Source: a virus (taxonomy: Duplodnaviria; Heunggongvirae; Uroviricota; Caudoviricetes). From it: 64,000 nt of DNA. This document shows, in pieces, positions 25,713-34,833 of the stretch. Numbering within the stretch: position 1 is the first letter of the stretch; each line of letters starts with the position of its first letter. The stretch spans positions 1 through 64,000 of IMG/VR virus record IMGVR_UViG_3300042549_004104. One strand, given 5' to 3'. The notes under the pieces were generated by a model. The model was not told the DNA's origin. It ran no database searches and worked only from the letters and a program-made list of their open reading frames with translations. The position numbers and the translations under genes were made by a program.

Positions 25713-26884
25713 AAATATTAATAGTAGGTGGGGGTAGCGCAGGGTGGATGGTAGCCGCGCATTTTGCACAAAATAAAAAATTTGATATAACCTTAATTGA
25801 AAGTGATAAAATACCAATTATAGGTGTGGGTGAAAGTACTTGGCCAACAATTAACGATTTTATAGAACATGTCGGTATTACCGAGCAAAATTTATTTGAC
25901 TATTGTGGTGCTGTACGCAAGTATTGCATCAAACATACTGGATGGAACAAAGAAGGTAACACTTGGATACATAGATTTTGTGAGGATGAGAGTGAGGAAA
26001 AACTACAAGATTTTCATATGAATGAATATACTATCAATCCCAAAAAACATAGCCACGCATATCATTTAGATGCTAATAAATTGGGAATTTTATGCAGAGA
26101 CATATCAGCCATTCCAAATGGCGTAAAACATATCATTGATGAAGTTGCAAATGTAATAGTAGATGATGATGGTGTAAAAGAAGTAGTAGGATTAAAAGGT
26201 AAATATACCGCAGATTTATACATTGATTGTACTGGCTTTAAATCAATTATAAGAAACTCATTAGGAGCAAACTACGTAAAGCATGATTTATTAGTTAATA
26301 ATTGTGCAGTTGCAGGACCTGGAAAATATTTAGAAAATGAAAAGCCATTACCTTATACTGAAACTTTTGGTATGACGAAAGGTTGGCGATGGAGAATTTC
26401 TTTACAACATAGAACAGGAAATGGATATGTATTTAACAAAGACCATTTAACGATTGAAGAGGCAAAACAAGAATTAATTGAACGTGCTCCGGGAATAGAA
26501 CAAGATAAAATATTTGTAGTACCATTTAATAATGGATTCAATAATGCACCATGGAAAAAGAATGTAGTTAGTTTGGGATTAAGTTCTGGATTTTTAGATC
26601 CGTTAGAATCAACAGGATTATTTTTGATACTAGCGCCAATGAAGTTAGTAGAAAAATTAGCAGGTGATATTAATGCTGAGAGAAAATTTAATAAACTTTG
26701 GAACAAAATTTACAAAGAAACTGCATATTATGTAGGGATGTATTATCCAAACGGTCCATATAATAATGACTATTGGAATATGTTTGGGAATAAAACAACA
26801 TTAAAAGTTCCAAATGAAAAATGGACTTTTCCAGAGTATTCATACCGAATACTAGCAAAAGCTAAATCATATAATTTGATTTAA
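25709..26884 (+). CDS. flavin-dependent tryptophan halogenase-like protein
   Basis: GGGSAG, IGVGEST, IDCTGF, WRWRISL (WxWxI), GFLDPLESTG. Confidence 0.88.
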   Translation: MKILIVGGGSAGWMVAAHFAQNKKFDITLIESDKIPIIGVGESTWPTINDFIEHVGITEQNLFDYCGAVRKYCIKHTGWNKEGNTWIHRFCEDESEEKLQDFHMNEYTINPKKHSHAYHLDANKLGILCRDISAIPNGVKHIIDEVANVIVDDDGVKEVVGLKGKYTADLYIDCTGFKSIIRNSLGANYVKHDLLVNNCAVAGPGKYLENEKPLPYTETFGMTKGWRWRISLQHRTGNGYVFNKDHLTIEEAKQELIERAPGIEQDKIFVVPFNNGFNNAPWKKNVVSLGLSSGFLDPLESTGLFLILAPMKLVEKLAGDINAERKFNKLWNKIYKETAYYVGMYYPNGPYNNDYWNMFGNKTTLKVPNEKWTFPEYSYRILAKAKSYNLI

Positions 26885-27442
26885 TTTATCTAAATAGATT
26901 TCTCTGTCTTTTATATAGTTATTAACATTTATTTTCCATACACTTTGTTGTGTACTGTATAATAACATATTAGCATTTACTAGATTCCAATAACCTTTTT
27001 CCGCCATCCTAGGCATCATTGTTTTATGTAATCTAGTACTTGCTCCTGCTTTTAAATTATCAATATTAGTTGTAATATAAAATTCAGCAGATTCGTCAAA
27101 CGTTAGTATATGTTTTATTTGCATATACATAAATTGACTAAAATGTATACCACTTTCAAATAGATTCATGCTCCATTTAGGTGTGTGCCCCGGTAACTGG
27201 GCTCCTCTAAATAAACATCTATAAGCATGGTCATTAATTTCAGGGAACTTGTGAACTCCTGCTAATGAGAACAATTGGTTATTTTTAAATGCTCCAAAGA
27301 AAATAGCACTGTCAAACTTCATCGCTTCTAATGATATGTTATTTTCATACCCCAATTTAGAACATTCTATGCAAAATTCTTCTATCAGAGGAATGTCATC
27401 ATTTGTTAGTTGTTTAAAAATTGTTTTTCCAAGTTGATCCAT
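26867..27442 (-). CDS. hypothetical protein, possible GNAT fold
   Basis: Pattern 'DDIPLI...FFGAF....LFSLAG...R..FRG...FYITTN' resembles GNAT topology. Confidence 0.45.
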   Translation of the reverse strand: MDQLGKTIFKQLTNDDIPLIEEFCIECSKLGYENNISLEAMKFDSAIFFGAFKNNQLFSLAGVHKFPEINDHAYRCLFRGAQLPGHTPKWSMNLFESGIHFSQFMYMQIKHILTFDESAEFYITTNIDNLKAGASTRLHKTMMPRMAEKGYWNLVNANMLLYSTQQSVWKINVNNYIKDREIYLDKLNQII

Positions 27443-28058
27443 TTGGTAAATTCTTTCTTCTTAAAAAAACTTTGTTAGTCACATCAAAGATATCTCCTGT
27501 GCTAAACCCATTAATAATACATTCACCTTCGTCAGTGAATTCAATATGATGTTTGCTAGTAAAGTCAAACTGTGGGCTATTATATCCAATAAAAATTGGC
27601 GGTGGCATTTCTGTCATTCCATACCAATTAGCTACTAAATTAACACCTTTATTTCTAAAATCATCAATCATCTCTTGCGTAATTGTACTACTTCCAGTAA
27701 CCATGTATCTAACACAACTCATATTTAAATTATTAAATTCTCTAGTATGTTTTAATAATTCGTAATGTCTGGGAATTAAAGATATAACTGTGGGTCTATA
27801 TTTATTAAACAATTTGATATAAGTGTAGGGGTCAAAATTTGCTGATATAAGTTTTGCACCTGCTAATTGCGCAGGTAAAGCTGTTATTGTATAATTTGCA
27901 ATTACATTAGCAGGAAACACATTCAATACTATATCTTTATTAGATAATTGCATCTCATCTATACTATTATGAGCATAACGGTATATATTCTCCCAAGAGT
28001 GTATCACTTCTTTTGGTTCTTTAGTGCTTCCGGATGTATATAAGATTAAGCTACTCAT
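27414..28058 (-). CDS. truncated AMP-binding (ANL family) enzyme
   Basis: YTSGSTKEPK P-loop, WYGMTE, STGD; only 214 aa. Confidence 0.8.
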   Translation of the reverse strand: MSSLILYTSGSTKEPKEVIHSWENIYRYAHNSIDEMQLSNKDIVLNVFPANVIANYTITALPAQLAGAKLISANFDPYTYIKLFNKYRPTVISLIPRHYELLKHTREFNNLNMSCVRYMVTGSSTITQEMIDDFRNKGVNLVANWYGMTEMPPPIFIGYNSPQFDFTSKHHIEFTDEGECIINGFSTGDIFDVTNKVFLRRKNLPNGSTWKNNF

Positions 28059-28882
28059 AATGATTCTAGTATTATATCGTGAATATTGTTATGTATTCCT
28101 ATGCCCGGATGACCTATATATCTATCACCAACTAATCTATAATCTCTAGCATAGCAAAAGTTTATATCATCACTATTAATATTAATATTAACTAAATTAG
28201 GTACATGTTGTTTTGTGAAAATATCTTCACGCTCTAAGCTAATTTCTATTAATTTTATATTTAACCTTTTACATACTGAACGAATCATATTTTGATAAGT
28301 AATTGCTTCTTGATATAAAAAATCTAAATTTTTCATTTTATCATACAAATTCATATGCTCAGAATAAGTTTCATCCGGCATATGTTTGCGATAAAATAAC
28401 ACAAAATTATCATTAGTATAAAAAGAATATGCTTCACAAGGCGGATATTCTAACACAAATATTTTTGGTAATTTATGACCACTATTAATTAAATTAAAAA
28501 AATTAATAGTTTGTGTTTTGATACTATATGTTGGTCCGGAACAATTTACAAAATCTAAATTAAGTTCTTTTGCTACAGTATTACTGAACCTATCCTCTTC
28601 AGGTAAACCTACAGCAAATGTATAACTAGTACCACTAAACAGAATATAGTTATCATCTATTTCCGTAAGATTCTTTTTCATACGTAGCCCATCACTATTA
28701 AAATGATAAGTTACTTCTTTATCAGAGTAAATCCAATTAGTTCTATATTTTAAATTACGTTCAAGTAGTTGTTGAGAATCTGTTCCGTAAAACTGCGTAA
28801 CAGTATTTGGAACCATAGAATCATGTCTATAGGGATAATGATCCAGAGGTAAATTTATTACTGTGTTTAATATGACTTTCAT
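28055..28882 (-). CDS. SGNH-hydrolase-like hypothetical protein
   Basis: YHFNSDGLR, FSGTSYT, ARD...HPG; related to 7989-8726. Confidence 0.55.
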   Translation of the reverse strand: MKVILNTVINLPLDHYPYRHDSMVPNTVTQFYGTDSQQLLERNLKYRTNWIYSDKEVTYHFNSDGLRMKKNLTEIDDNYILFSGTSYTFAVGLPEEDRFSNTVAKELNLDFVNCSGPTYSIKTQTINFFNLINSGHKLPKIFVLEYPPCEAYSFYTNDNFVLFYRKHMPDETYSEHMNLYDKMKNLDFLYQEAITYQNMIRSVCKRLNIKLIEISLEREDIFTKQHVPNLVNININSDDINFCYARDYRLVGDRYIGHPGIGIHNNIHDIILESL

Positions 28883-29724
28883 TAGAATACAAGTTTATAT
28901 CCCATCATTCTTTTTAAACAATCAGCAAATTGTTCACCGGGTGTTACTTCAACTAAATCAGCAGGTTGTTCTTTTTCTTCCGGCACACATAAAATATTGG
29001 TTACTCCAGTATTATTAAATGGATCAATATCAGTTTCTTTAAATGTGGGTGCTACTGGTTTATTTTTAACTGCGATCCAATATTGTTTATATTTTTTAGC
29101 AGTCATAAATTTGTGACATTCTTCCCAATCTTTAATGTCAATCGCTTCATACATTATAACAGGTCTATGTTGTTTGATAACTTTGCTAGCACCTTTTAGT
29201 ACCTCAAGTTCATAACCTTCAACATCAATTTTAATAACAGTACAAGCTGGTAATTTAACATCATCTAATTTTACAAGGTTGACTTCAACACCCCCACCGT
29301 CGATAGCACATAGATCGCCAAAGTTACCTTCTTGTGCAGGATCAAAGTTTTTGAGTACAATTATACCTTTTTTATTTCCCACTGCCGAATGAACTAATTG
29401 GATATTCTTTTCGTTACAATTTAATGCGGCAACTACAAAGTGATTTGGATGTGGTTCAAAGCCAATTACAGGGCAACCCGCTTTTTTGTTTATTGCTATT
29501 GCATGGTATCCGACGTTAGTTCCTACATCAACATATGTTGATGTTTCATCTAAATATCTGGATAAAATTTCTATTTCAGCCTCAGCATATTCCCCATACA
29601 GGGTAAGCGAGTTGCTTACTATAGTGTCGTTTTTATAAACGACCATATTCCCAACTTTTGTTTCAGTTACAAATAATTGGTCTTCGAATGTTTTTAGGTG
29701 ATCTTGAATAGTTAAATCTGACAT
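28882..29724 (-). CDS. FkbM-family methyltransferase
   Basis: VDVGTNVG, FEP, IKIDVEGYELEVLKGA. Confidence 0.9.
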   Translation of the reverse strand: MSDLTIQDHLKTFEDQLFVTETKVGNMVVYKNDTIVSNSLTLYGEYAEAEIEILSRYLDETSTYVDVGTNVGYHAIAINKKAGCPVIGFEPHPNHFVVAALNCNEKNIQLVHSAVGNKKGIIVLKNFDPAQEGNFGDLCAIDGGGVEVNLVKLDDVKLPACTVIKIDVEGYELEVLKGASKVIKQHRPVIMYEAIDIKDWEECHKFMTAKKYKQYWIAVKNKPVAPTFKETDIDPFNNTGVTNILCVPEEKEQPADLVEVTPGEQFADCLKRMMGYKLVF

Positions 29725-29783
29725 AATAATATATATCTAAAATTCAGCTATGACTATTTTTTTCTCAAGATCACCCAATCACA

Positions 29784-29897
29784 TTATTTACGTACAATCA
29801 TCATTATTTTTTCTTGAAAATTTTTAGCAAATTGTGGTTGTGGGAAGTTCCATCCAATAAAAGCTCCCAATGCTAACCAAAATACTGTTTCTAACAT
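29784..29897 (-). CDS. small membrane protein (37 aa), not in ORF track
   Basis: MLETVFWLALGAFIGWNFPQPQFAKNFQEKIMMIVRK; AGGAGG RBS. Confidence 0.7.
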   Translation of the reverse strand: MLETVFWLALGAFIGWNFPQPQFAKNFQEKIMMIVRK

Positions 29898-29948
29898 AAT
29901 ATGTCCTCCTTAAAGACATATTTACTTATACGCAGTATTTTGTCATTA

Positions 29949-30479
29949 TCAACGCACTTTGGCTTTTGTGTAAAAAATATGATTTCCTATTTGTTTTGCT
30001 TTATGATACGGCCAATTTGGCGAAACACTTAGGTTATGAAAGAATAGTGTTGATTTTGGTACTACATCTTTATAAGCATCAAATACTAATACTTGATATG
30101 ATATCTGTAACGCTTTCAGATAACTAGGATCATGTTTATTGGGTTTACTCTTACCCTCACATACCCAACTAAACTGACATATTTTAGATCCATTATCTCT
30201 TTCTGTTACTTGATATATAACTTTACATGGTGTATTAGCAAATCCATATTTTACTCTGTTAACTACTACACGTGCAACGGCAGCTTGACCTGCATGAGGT
30301 TCGTTACGTGCTTCATAGAAAATATTTTCTGCCATGCAATGTATTTCTTTTAACTGAACATCTTTTTTTCTATTCTTATCTAATTCCGCCGGATCAGTAT
30401 GACCTGCTACGAATACAGATAATAAGACTAATGGTATAAAAAAATATACCTTGATAAATTTAAGTACGATGTGCTTCAT
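29949..30479 (-). CDS. SleB-like cell wall hydrolase (Hydrolase_2)
   Basis: CMAENIFYEARNE...AVARVVVNRV...CQFSW...IGNHIFY; N-terminal hydrophobic anchor. Confidence 0.9.
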   Translation of the reverse strand: MKHIVLKFIKVYFFIPLVLLSVFVAGHTDPAELDKNRKKDVQLKEIHCMAENIFYEARNEPHAGQAAVARVVVNRVKYGFANTPCKVIYQVTERDNGSKICQFSWVCEGKSKPNKHDPSYLKALQISYQVLVFDAYKDVVPKSTLFFHNLSVSPNWPYHKAKQIGNHIFYTKAKVR

Positions 30480-30568
30480 AATTACTCCTTTCAGAAAGAG
30501 TTATACAATTTACATTGTACAACCATCTTGGTTTAAGCACTAATGATTTGGGTAAGATTACTTACTAA

Positions 30569-32605
30569 TCATAGGTTTTCCCAGCAATCACAGTTACAAA
30601 GAATAACATCTTCAACTGCTTGTTTGGGCACTAATACTGATTGGCAATTTGGTTCTACTAAAATTGCTAAATTAGACGGTATTAATGTCGTTTCAGGAGA
30701 GCCTGCAAGACTTCCCGGAACAGTAGCGGCGCCTGTAATAATAGGTATTTTACCTAGGGTGCTACAATTATTATAACCAGGAATAGGTGACACATTTGTC
30801 GTAGACCCGGTTGCTCTAGGTAATACTAACGGAACAGTGTCAATTTCATTATCTAATGTTCCACCCATATAACCTAACCTTTTTGCGTTTCTTGCTTCAC
30901 GCATTGACGCTATTAAACTATTTCCTCCTAATAAAGTTGTATCTGCGATACTTGTTAAAACTGCACATGTCTCACATGGTTCAGTATCAACCCCGTAATT
31001 ATCTAAACTAGTTACAAACAAATAAGTGTCGGTTGTATCAGAGGTTAGAAAATTTAAAGTAGGTAATGCTAGTGACCTAGCATTTTTTTCTTTAGTTAAT
31101 TTTGTACCAAAGCTATCATATGTAGCATTCAATAAACTTGCTTTGGATGCATTAGCTGTCATTATATTGTCAATTTCATTATTTGCAATATTAATTAAAT
31201 CTTGCAATGTTGTGTATGGGCCAGGACCAATTAATAAGGAATAAATGTTATTGTAAGCCGCAACTAATGCTGAAGATTGTAATGCTTGAATTTGTTGTTC
31301 TAAAGAAGTCCAACTATAATGTAAATCGGTCATACTTCCAAAGAAATCACACATAGTATATGTATTATCTGGTCCAGATCCTTTAGCAAATTGATCATAA
31401 GCGTATGTTGCAGATGCAACATCAACTGGAACATTGGTACCATTTACTCCTAGACCATTTACGTTTTCTATATTTGTTACTACTTGACTAAACTTTTCAA
31501 TATTCATATTTTGAATATTTTTTATCTGTAGCATCGCTATACTAAATGCATCACAACTATAAGCAATGTCTAAAGGTAACATACTATTCAATCTATCACC
31601 CACACCAATTCCTGTAATTCTGTTAACAGAATCTTCAGAGTATATCAGATAATATGTTTTACTATTAGTAGGTAAAGTTTTACTGTTATATTTGGGAAAC
31701 GTAAGTGATCTAAAACTATTAGGAAATAGTTTTTTAATGTTTAATAAATCTGCTAATGTATCTAAGTTAGGGGTTTGACAATTTAATATTGTACAAATAT
31801 CAGATAAATCACTACCAGTTATTAAAGTGAACATATCATAAAGCGTTTTTTCTTGCTCTAATGTAATAGGTTCATTATCATTTAATAAATTATCTAGGGA
31901 TGCGCTAGTAAATCCAGCATCATATAAAAATGTATTCAATGCCTGTGTCATTGCATTATTTTTACTAAGAGTTTTTAATAATACTGATGGATTACCAAAA
32001 GTAGCAATGTTCTTTAAATCTATTGCACGTCCGGATGCAATTAAATCCTGTCCCCAATAAAATGTGCTCAAATTGACACCGGTGATATCTGATGTAATTA
32101 AGTCATTCATGTTACTATAGATACCATTTAAAAATGTTCTACTCTTTGCTAAAGGTTTTATTATACCATTGACAAGTGATTTTTTTCCATTACAAGTATT
32201 AAACGTACTTACAAAATCACTATAACTACCATTGTTAACGTAAAATTCTGTATATGCTTGTAATGGAATTAAGCGTAAAAATCCATGTCTAGTAATATCT
32301 CCGGTATAACTAAGTGTGTATGTACTGGGTTTACTATTACCTAATGCAGGAATTGTAGTGCTACCTATACTAATTAAATTATTGTATACTGTACTTGTTA
32401 TAGATGATGCAGATAATAAATTATATGCAAGATTTAAGCATGTAGTGATAGTTGACAATACTGTTGTTGATACAACTACTCCGGGTGTGTAACTTGCATT
32501 AGAGGTGCTAGTACCCATATAGTTTACTGCTGTCGGGTTTATTCTTAAACCTTGATTTTGTAGGAATGACCCTAGTGTGTTAATCTTTAATGGAGTTAAA
32601 CTCAT
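30569..32605 (-). CDS. hypothetical protein, probably virion/baseplate associated
   Basis: 678-aa S/T/N-rich ORF translationally coupled to the PAAR gene; C-terminal CNCDC. Confidence 0.7.
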   Translation of the reverse strand: MSLTPLKINTLGSFLQNQGLRINPTAVNYMGTSTSNASYTPGVVVSTTVLSTITTCLNLAYNLLSASSITSTVYNNLISIGSTTIPALGNSKPSTYTLSYTGDITRHGFLRLIPLQAYTEFYVNNGSYSDFVSTFNTCNGKKSLVNGIIKPLAKSRTFLNGIYSNMNDLITSDITGVNLSTFYWGQDLIASGRAIDLKNIATFGNPSVLLKTLSKNNAMTQALNTFLYDAGFTSASLDNLLNDNEPITLEQEKTLYDMFTLITGSDLSDICTILNCQTPNLDTLADLLNIKKLFPNSFRSLTFPKYNSKTLPTNSKTYYLIYSEDSVNRITGIGVGDRLNSMLPLDIAYSCDAFSIAMLQIKNIQNMNIEKFSQVVTNIENVNGLGVNGTNVPVDVASATYAYDQFAKGSGPDNTYTMCDFFGSMTDLHYSWTSLEQQIQALQSSALVAAYNNIYSLLIGPGPYTTLQDLINIANNEIDNIMTANASKASLLNATYDSFGTKLTKEKNARSLALPTLNFLTSDTTDTYLFVTSLDNYGVDTEPCETCAVLTSIADTTLLGGNSLIASMREARNAKRLGYMGGTLDNEIDTVPLVLPRATGSTTNVSPIPGYNNCSTLGKIPIITGAATVPGSLAGSPETTLIPSNLAILVEPNCQSVLVPKQAVEDVILCNCDCWENL

Positions 32606-32883
32606 GGGACTTGAATATCAGGGCTGCCTTGTATAATACTGTGGCCACAACTATTACCTGAGCCAACACGCAAAACAGGGACTCCCTCCGCAAAAACAGT
32701 TGGACTACCTGAAGTAGTTTTGGCTGCGGCATGCGGTGGGTGCGGATTTCCCCACGGAGCGTGAGGAGTGATTTGACTAACATGTAGTCCTACATTTATG
32801 CCATTTGCTAAGACGGTAGAGGCTCCGCGCATAATTGCGCCACCTACTTGATTTTTATCCCCTACACGACTCAAATTAGACAT
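32602..32883 (-). CDS. PAAR-domain spike tip protein
   Basis: SRVGD...GASTVLANG...GSPTVFAEGVPVLRVG...CGH...GSPDI. Confidence 0.88.
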   Translation of the reverse strand: MSNLSRVGDKNQVGGAIMRGASTVLANGINVGLHVSQITPHAPWGNPHPPHAAAKTTSGSPTVFAEGVPVLRVGSGNSCGHSIIQGSPDIQVP

Positions 32884-32888
32884 TTATT

Positions 32889-33182
32889 TTATCCTAAAAT
32901 AATCTTCTTATCAGGCACTTTAATACCTGTTGTTGCTTCTAAGTACTTATCTGCGACACTTTGTTCTGTGTATGCATAAAGTGAAATGCTACTTCTATTT
33001 ATTCTAATTTCTTGGTTAATATCTGCTGTGAACATGCTCGGAACCATTTGCATTCCTTGCTGTGTAGGTGCGATACTGACCGGGTTTGTTACTTCAATAT
33101 AGTCTGAATTTGTGTTAATTACTTTGGCAATTAATTCTTCACCCGAGTTCAATTTAATTGTATATGTTTTTCCTGTATCCAT
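32889..33182 (-). CDS. conserved phage hypothetical protein (Sm-like fold possible)
   Basis: TIKLNSGEELIAKV...Y..ATTGI pattern seen in T4-like phage small proteins. Confidence 0.65.
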   Translation of the reverse strand: MDTGKTYTIKLNSGEELIAKVINTNSDYIEVTNPVSIAPTQQGMQMVPSMFTADINQEIRINRSSISLYAYTEQSVADKYLEATTGIKVPDKKIILG

Positions 33183-33412
33183 TAAACGCTTTCTGTTAAT
33201 TTTGTTTTGAGTTCATTGAACCCACCGATTAATTCTCCATCTAAGAAGATTTGCGGTACTGTGCGGGCGGTTGGAACTGCCTCTAATAATTCTTCACGGG
33301 TGTATCCATCACCAATTTTGCGTTCTTCAAAAGAGATACCCTTTTGTGTTAGTAATGCCTTTGCTTGGTCGCAATACGGGCAGTGGTACTTACTCCATAC
33401 GATAGCTTTCAT
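33182..33412 (-). CDS. glutaredoxin
   Basis: CPYC, TVPQIF, IGGF; adjacent to nrdAB. Confidence 0.95.
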   Translation of the reverse strand: MKAIVWSKYHCPYCDQAKALLTQKGISFEERKIGDGYTREELLEAVPTARTVPQIFLDGELIGGFNELKTKLTESV

Positions 33413-33423
33413 ATTTTTTCTCC

Positions 33424-33711
33424 TTATTTCTTTTCTGGTAATTTAATGACGCACGGGCTGTCAATCTTAACTGACATTTCATGTACTTTTTTGCTCCATG
33501 CTAATAATTTATCTGATAGCCAATCTAAGAATTTTACTCTTAGACAACGTTCTTTCATTTCAATTTGCTCAAACTTAGCCATAACGTTTTTGGCTACATC
33601 TCTTGCTTGCTCGTGTCCACGTTTTGCGGATTCTTTGATAATATAATCGGTTGTTAGTTTTGCTTCTTCTAATCGTTGTTTTTGTTCTTCTGTAAGTGTT
33701 TGAGTTGTCAT
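33424..33711 (-). CDS. hypothetical protein
   Basis: 95-aa helical ORF with AAGGA RBS within the nrd operon. Confidence 0.7.
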   Translation of the reverse strand: MTTQTLTEEQKQRLEEAKLTTDYIIKESAKRGHEQARDVAKNVMAKFEQIEMKERCLRVKFLDWLSDKLLAWSKKVHEMSVKIDSPCVIKLPEKK

Positions 33712-33720
33712 GTTATTCCT

Positions 33721-34833
33721 TTATAATACCGGTAGTTCTTCGTAGTCAACTACATCTGACATAACGCCAATAACGTAGTTAGTTGATTCTGTTTCTTGCA
33801 ATGCTGATTGCTTTTTGTTGATATTCACATGTTTGTTGAACCAAGGAATAGGTGAATTCTTTGGATGATTTTCGTTATACTTGATACCGATATCTTTAAG
33901 TCTATTAAAAGCAGTATAGTCTACGAAATCTTTAAGAATATCGGCGTTCAATCCAATAACAACACCCTTACTGAATAGATAGTCTGCCCATTCTTTTTCT
34001 TCACGAATAACATCTAAGTACATAGCATAGACTTCACGTTCACATTCTTGTTTTGCTTTTACGAATCTAGGATCATCTTTAACTACGTTATTAATTAACC
34101 AAGCTGTCCATTCTGTATGCAACAATTCGTCTTGTAATATCAAACTGATAATGTTTCCGTTACCAATGTAAATCTTGTTTTCTACCATAGCAAGACTAGT
34201 TGCAAAACTAACCATGAAACGTAATGCTTCTAATGCATAGCTAGCGTTTAGTGCCATCCAAATTGCTTTGATATGTACCTCTTCACGAACCATACCTGTC
34301 ATTTCACTACTTAATTCTTTATGACAATTTATTCTGTGTAGTTCATCATAATATTTACCTACACTACTAGACATTTCTACTATTTCTTTAGTATCGTGAA
34401 TTTTATTAAATTCTTCTTTGGGCACACCATAGACATTGCGAATGATATGACTATAGCTCTTGCTATGAATGTTAGTCTCAAAGAAACTCCAATTACTAAC
34501 TAATGCTTCTAATTCAGGAATAGAGATAACTGGACTGAATACTTGACTTGGCGCACGTCCTTGAATACTATCAAGTGCAGTTTGTCTTAACAAGTTGCTA
34601 GTAAAGATATGTTTAATTGCATCACTGCTATCCTTGTGGTCAATCTTATCTTTAGTTAAACTAATTTCTTCTGGCACCCAAAAGAAGCCACGTGCTGTTT
34701 CTTCATACTTAGCTAGTCTTGGGTACTTGACTTCTTCAAATCGTTGTACAGTTACAGGACCTTCTGGATCTAAAAACATTGTACGTTTTAGATAGTTAGT
34801 CTGTTTACTCAGGTTATATTGGTCTTTACTCAT
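33721..34833 (-). CDS. nrdB: ribonucleotide reductase class Ia beta subunit
   Basis: FFWVPEE, QTALDSIQ, ETNIHSKSY (radical Tyr), EALRF, DELLH, QETE...Y. Confidence 0.97.
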   Translation of the reverse strand: MSKDQYNLSKQTNYLKRTMFLDPEGPVTVQRFEEVKYPRLAKYEETARGFFWVPEEISLTKDKIDHKDSSDAIKHIFTSNLLRQTALDSIQGRAPSQVFSPVISIPELEALVSNWSFFETNIHSKSYSHIIRNVYGVPKEEFNKIHDTKEIVEMSSSVGKYYDELHRINCHKELSSEMTGMVREEVHIKAIWMALNASYALEALRFMVSFATSLAMVENKIYIGNGNIISLILQDELLHTEWTAWLINNVVKDDPRFVKAKQECEREVYAMYLDVIREEKEWADYLFSKGVVIGLNADILKDFVDYTAFNRLKDIGIKYNENHPKNSPIPWFNKHVNINKKQSALQETESTNYVIGVMSDVVDYEELPVL

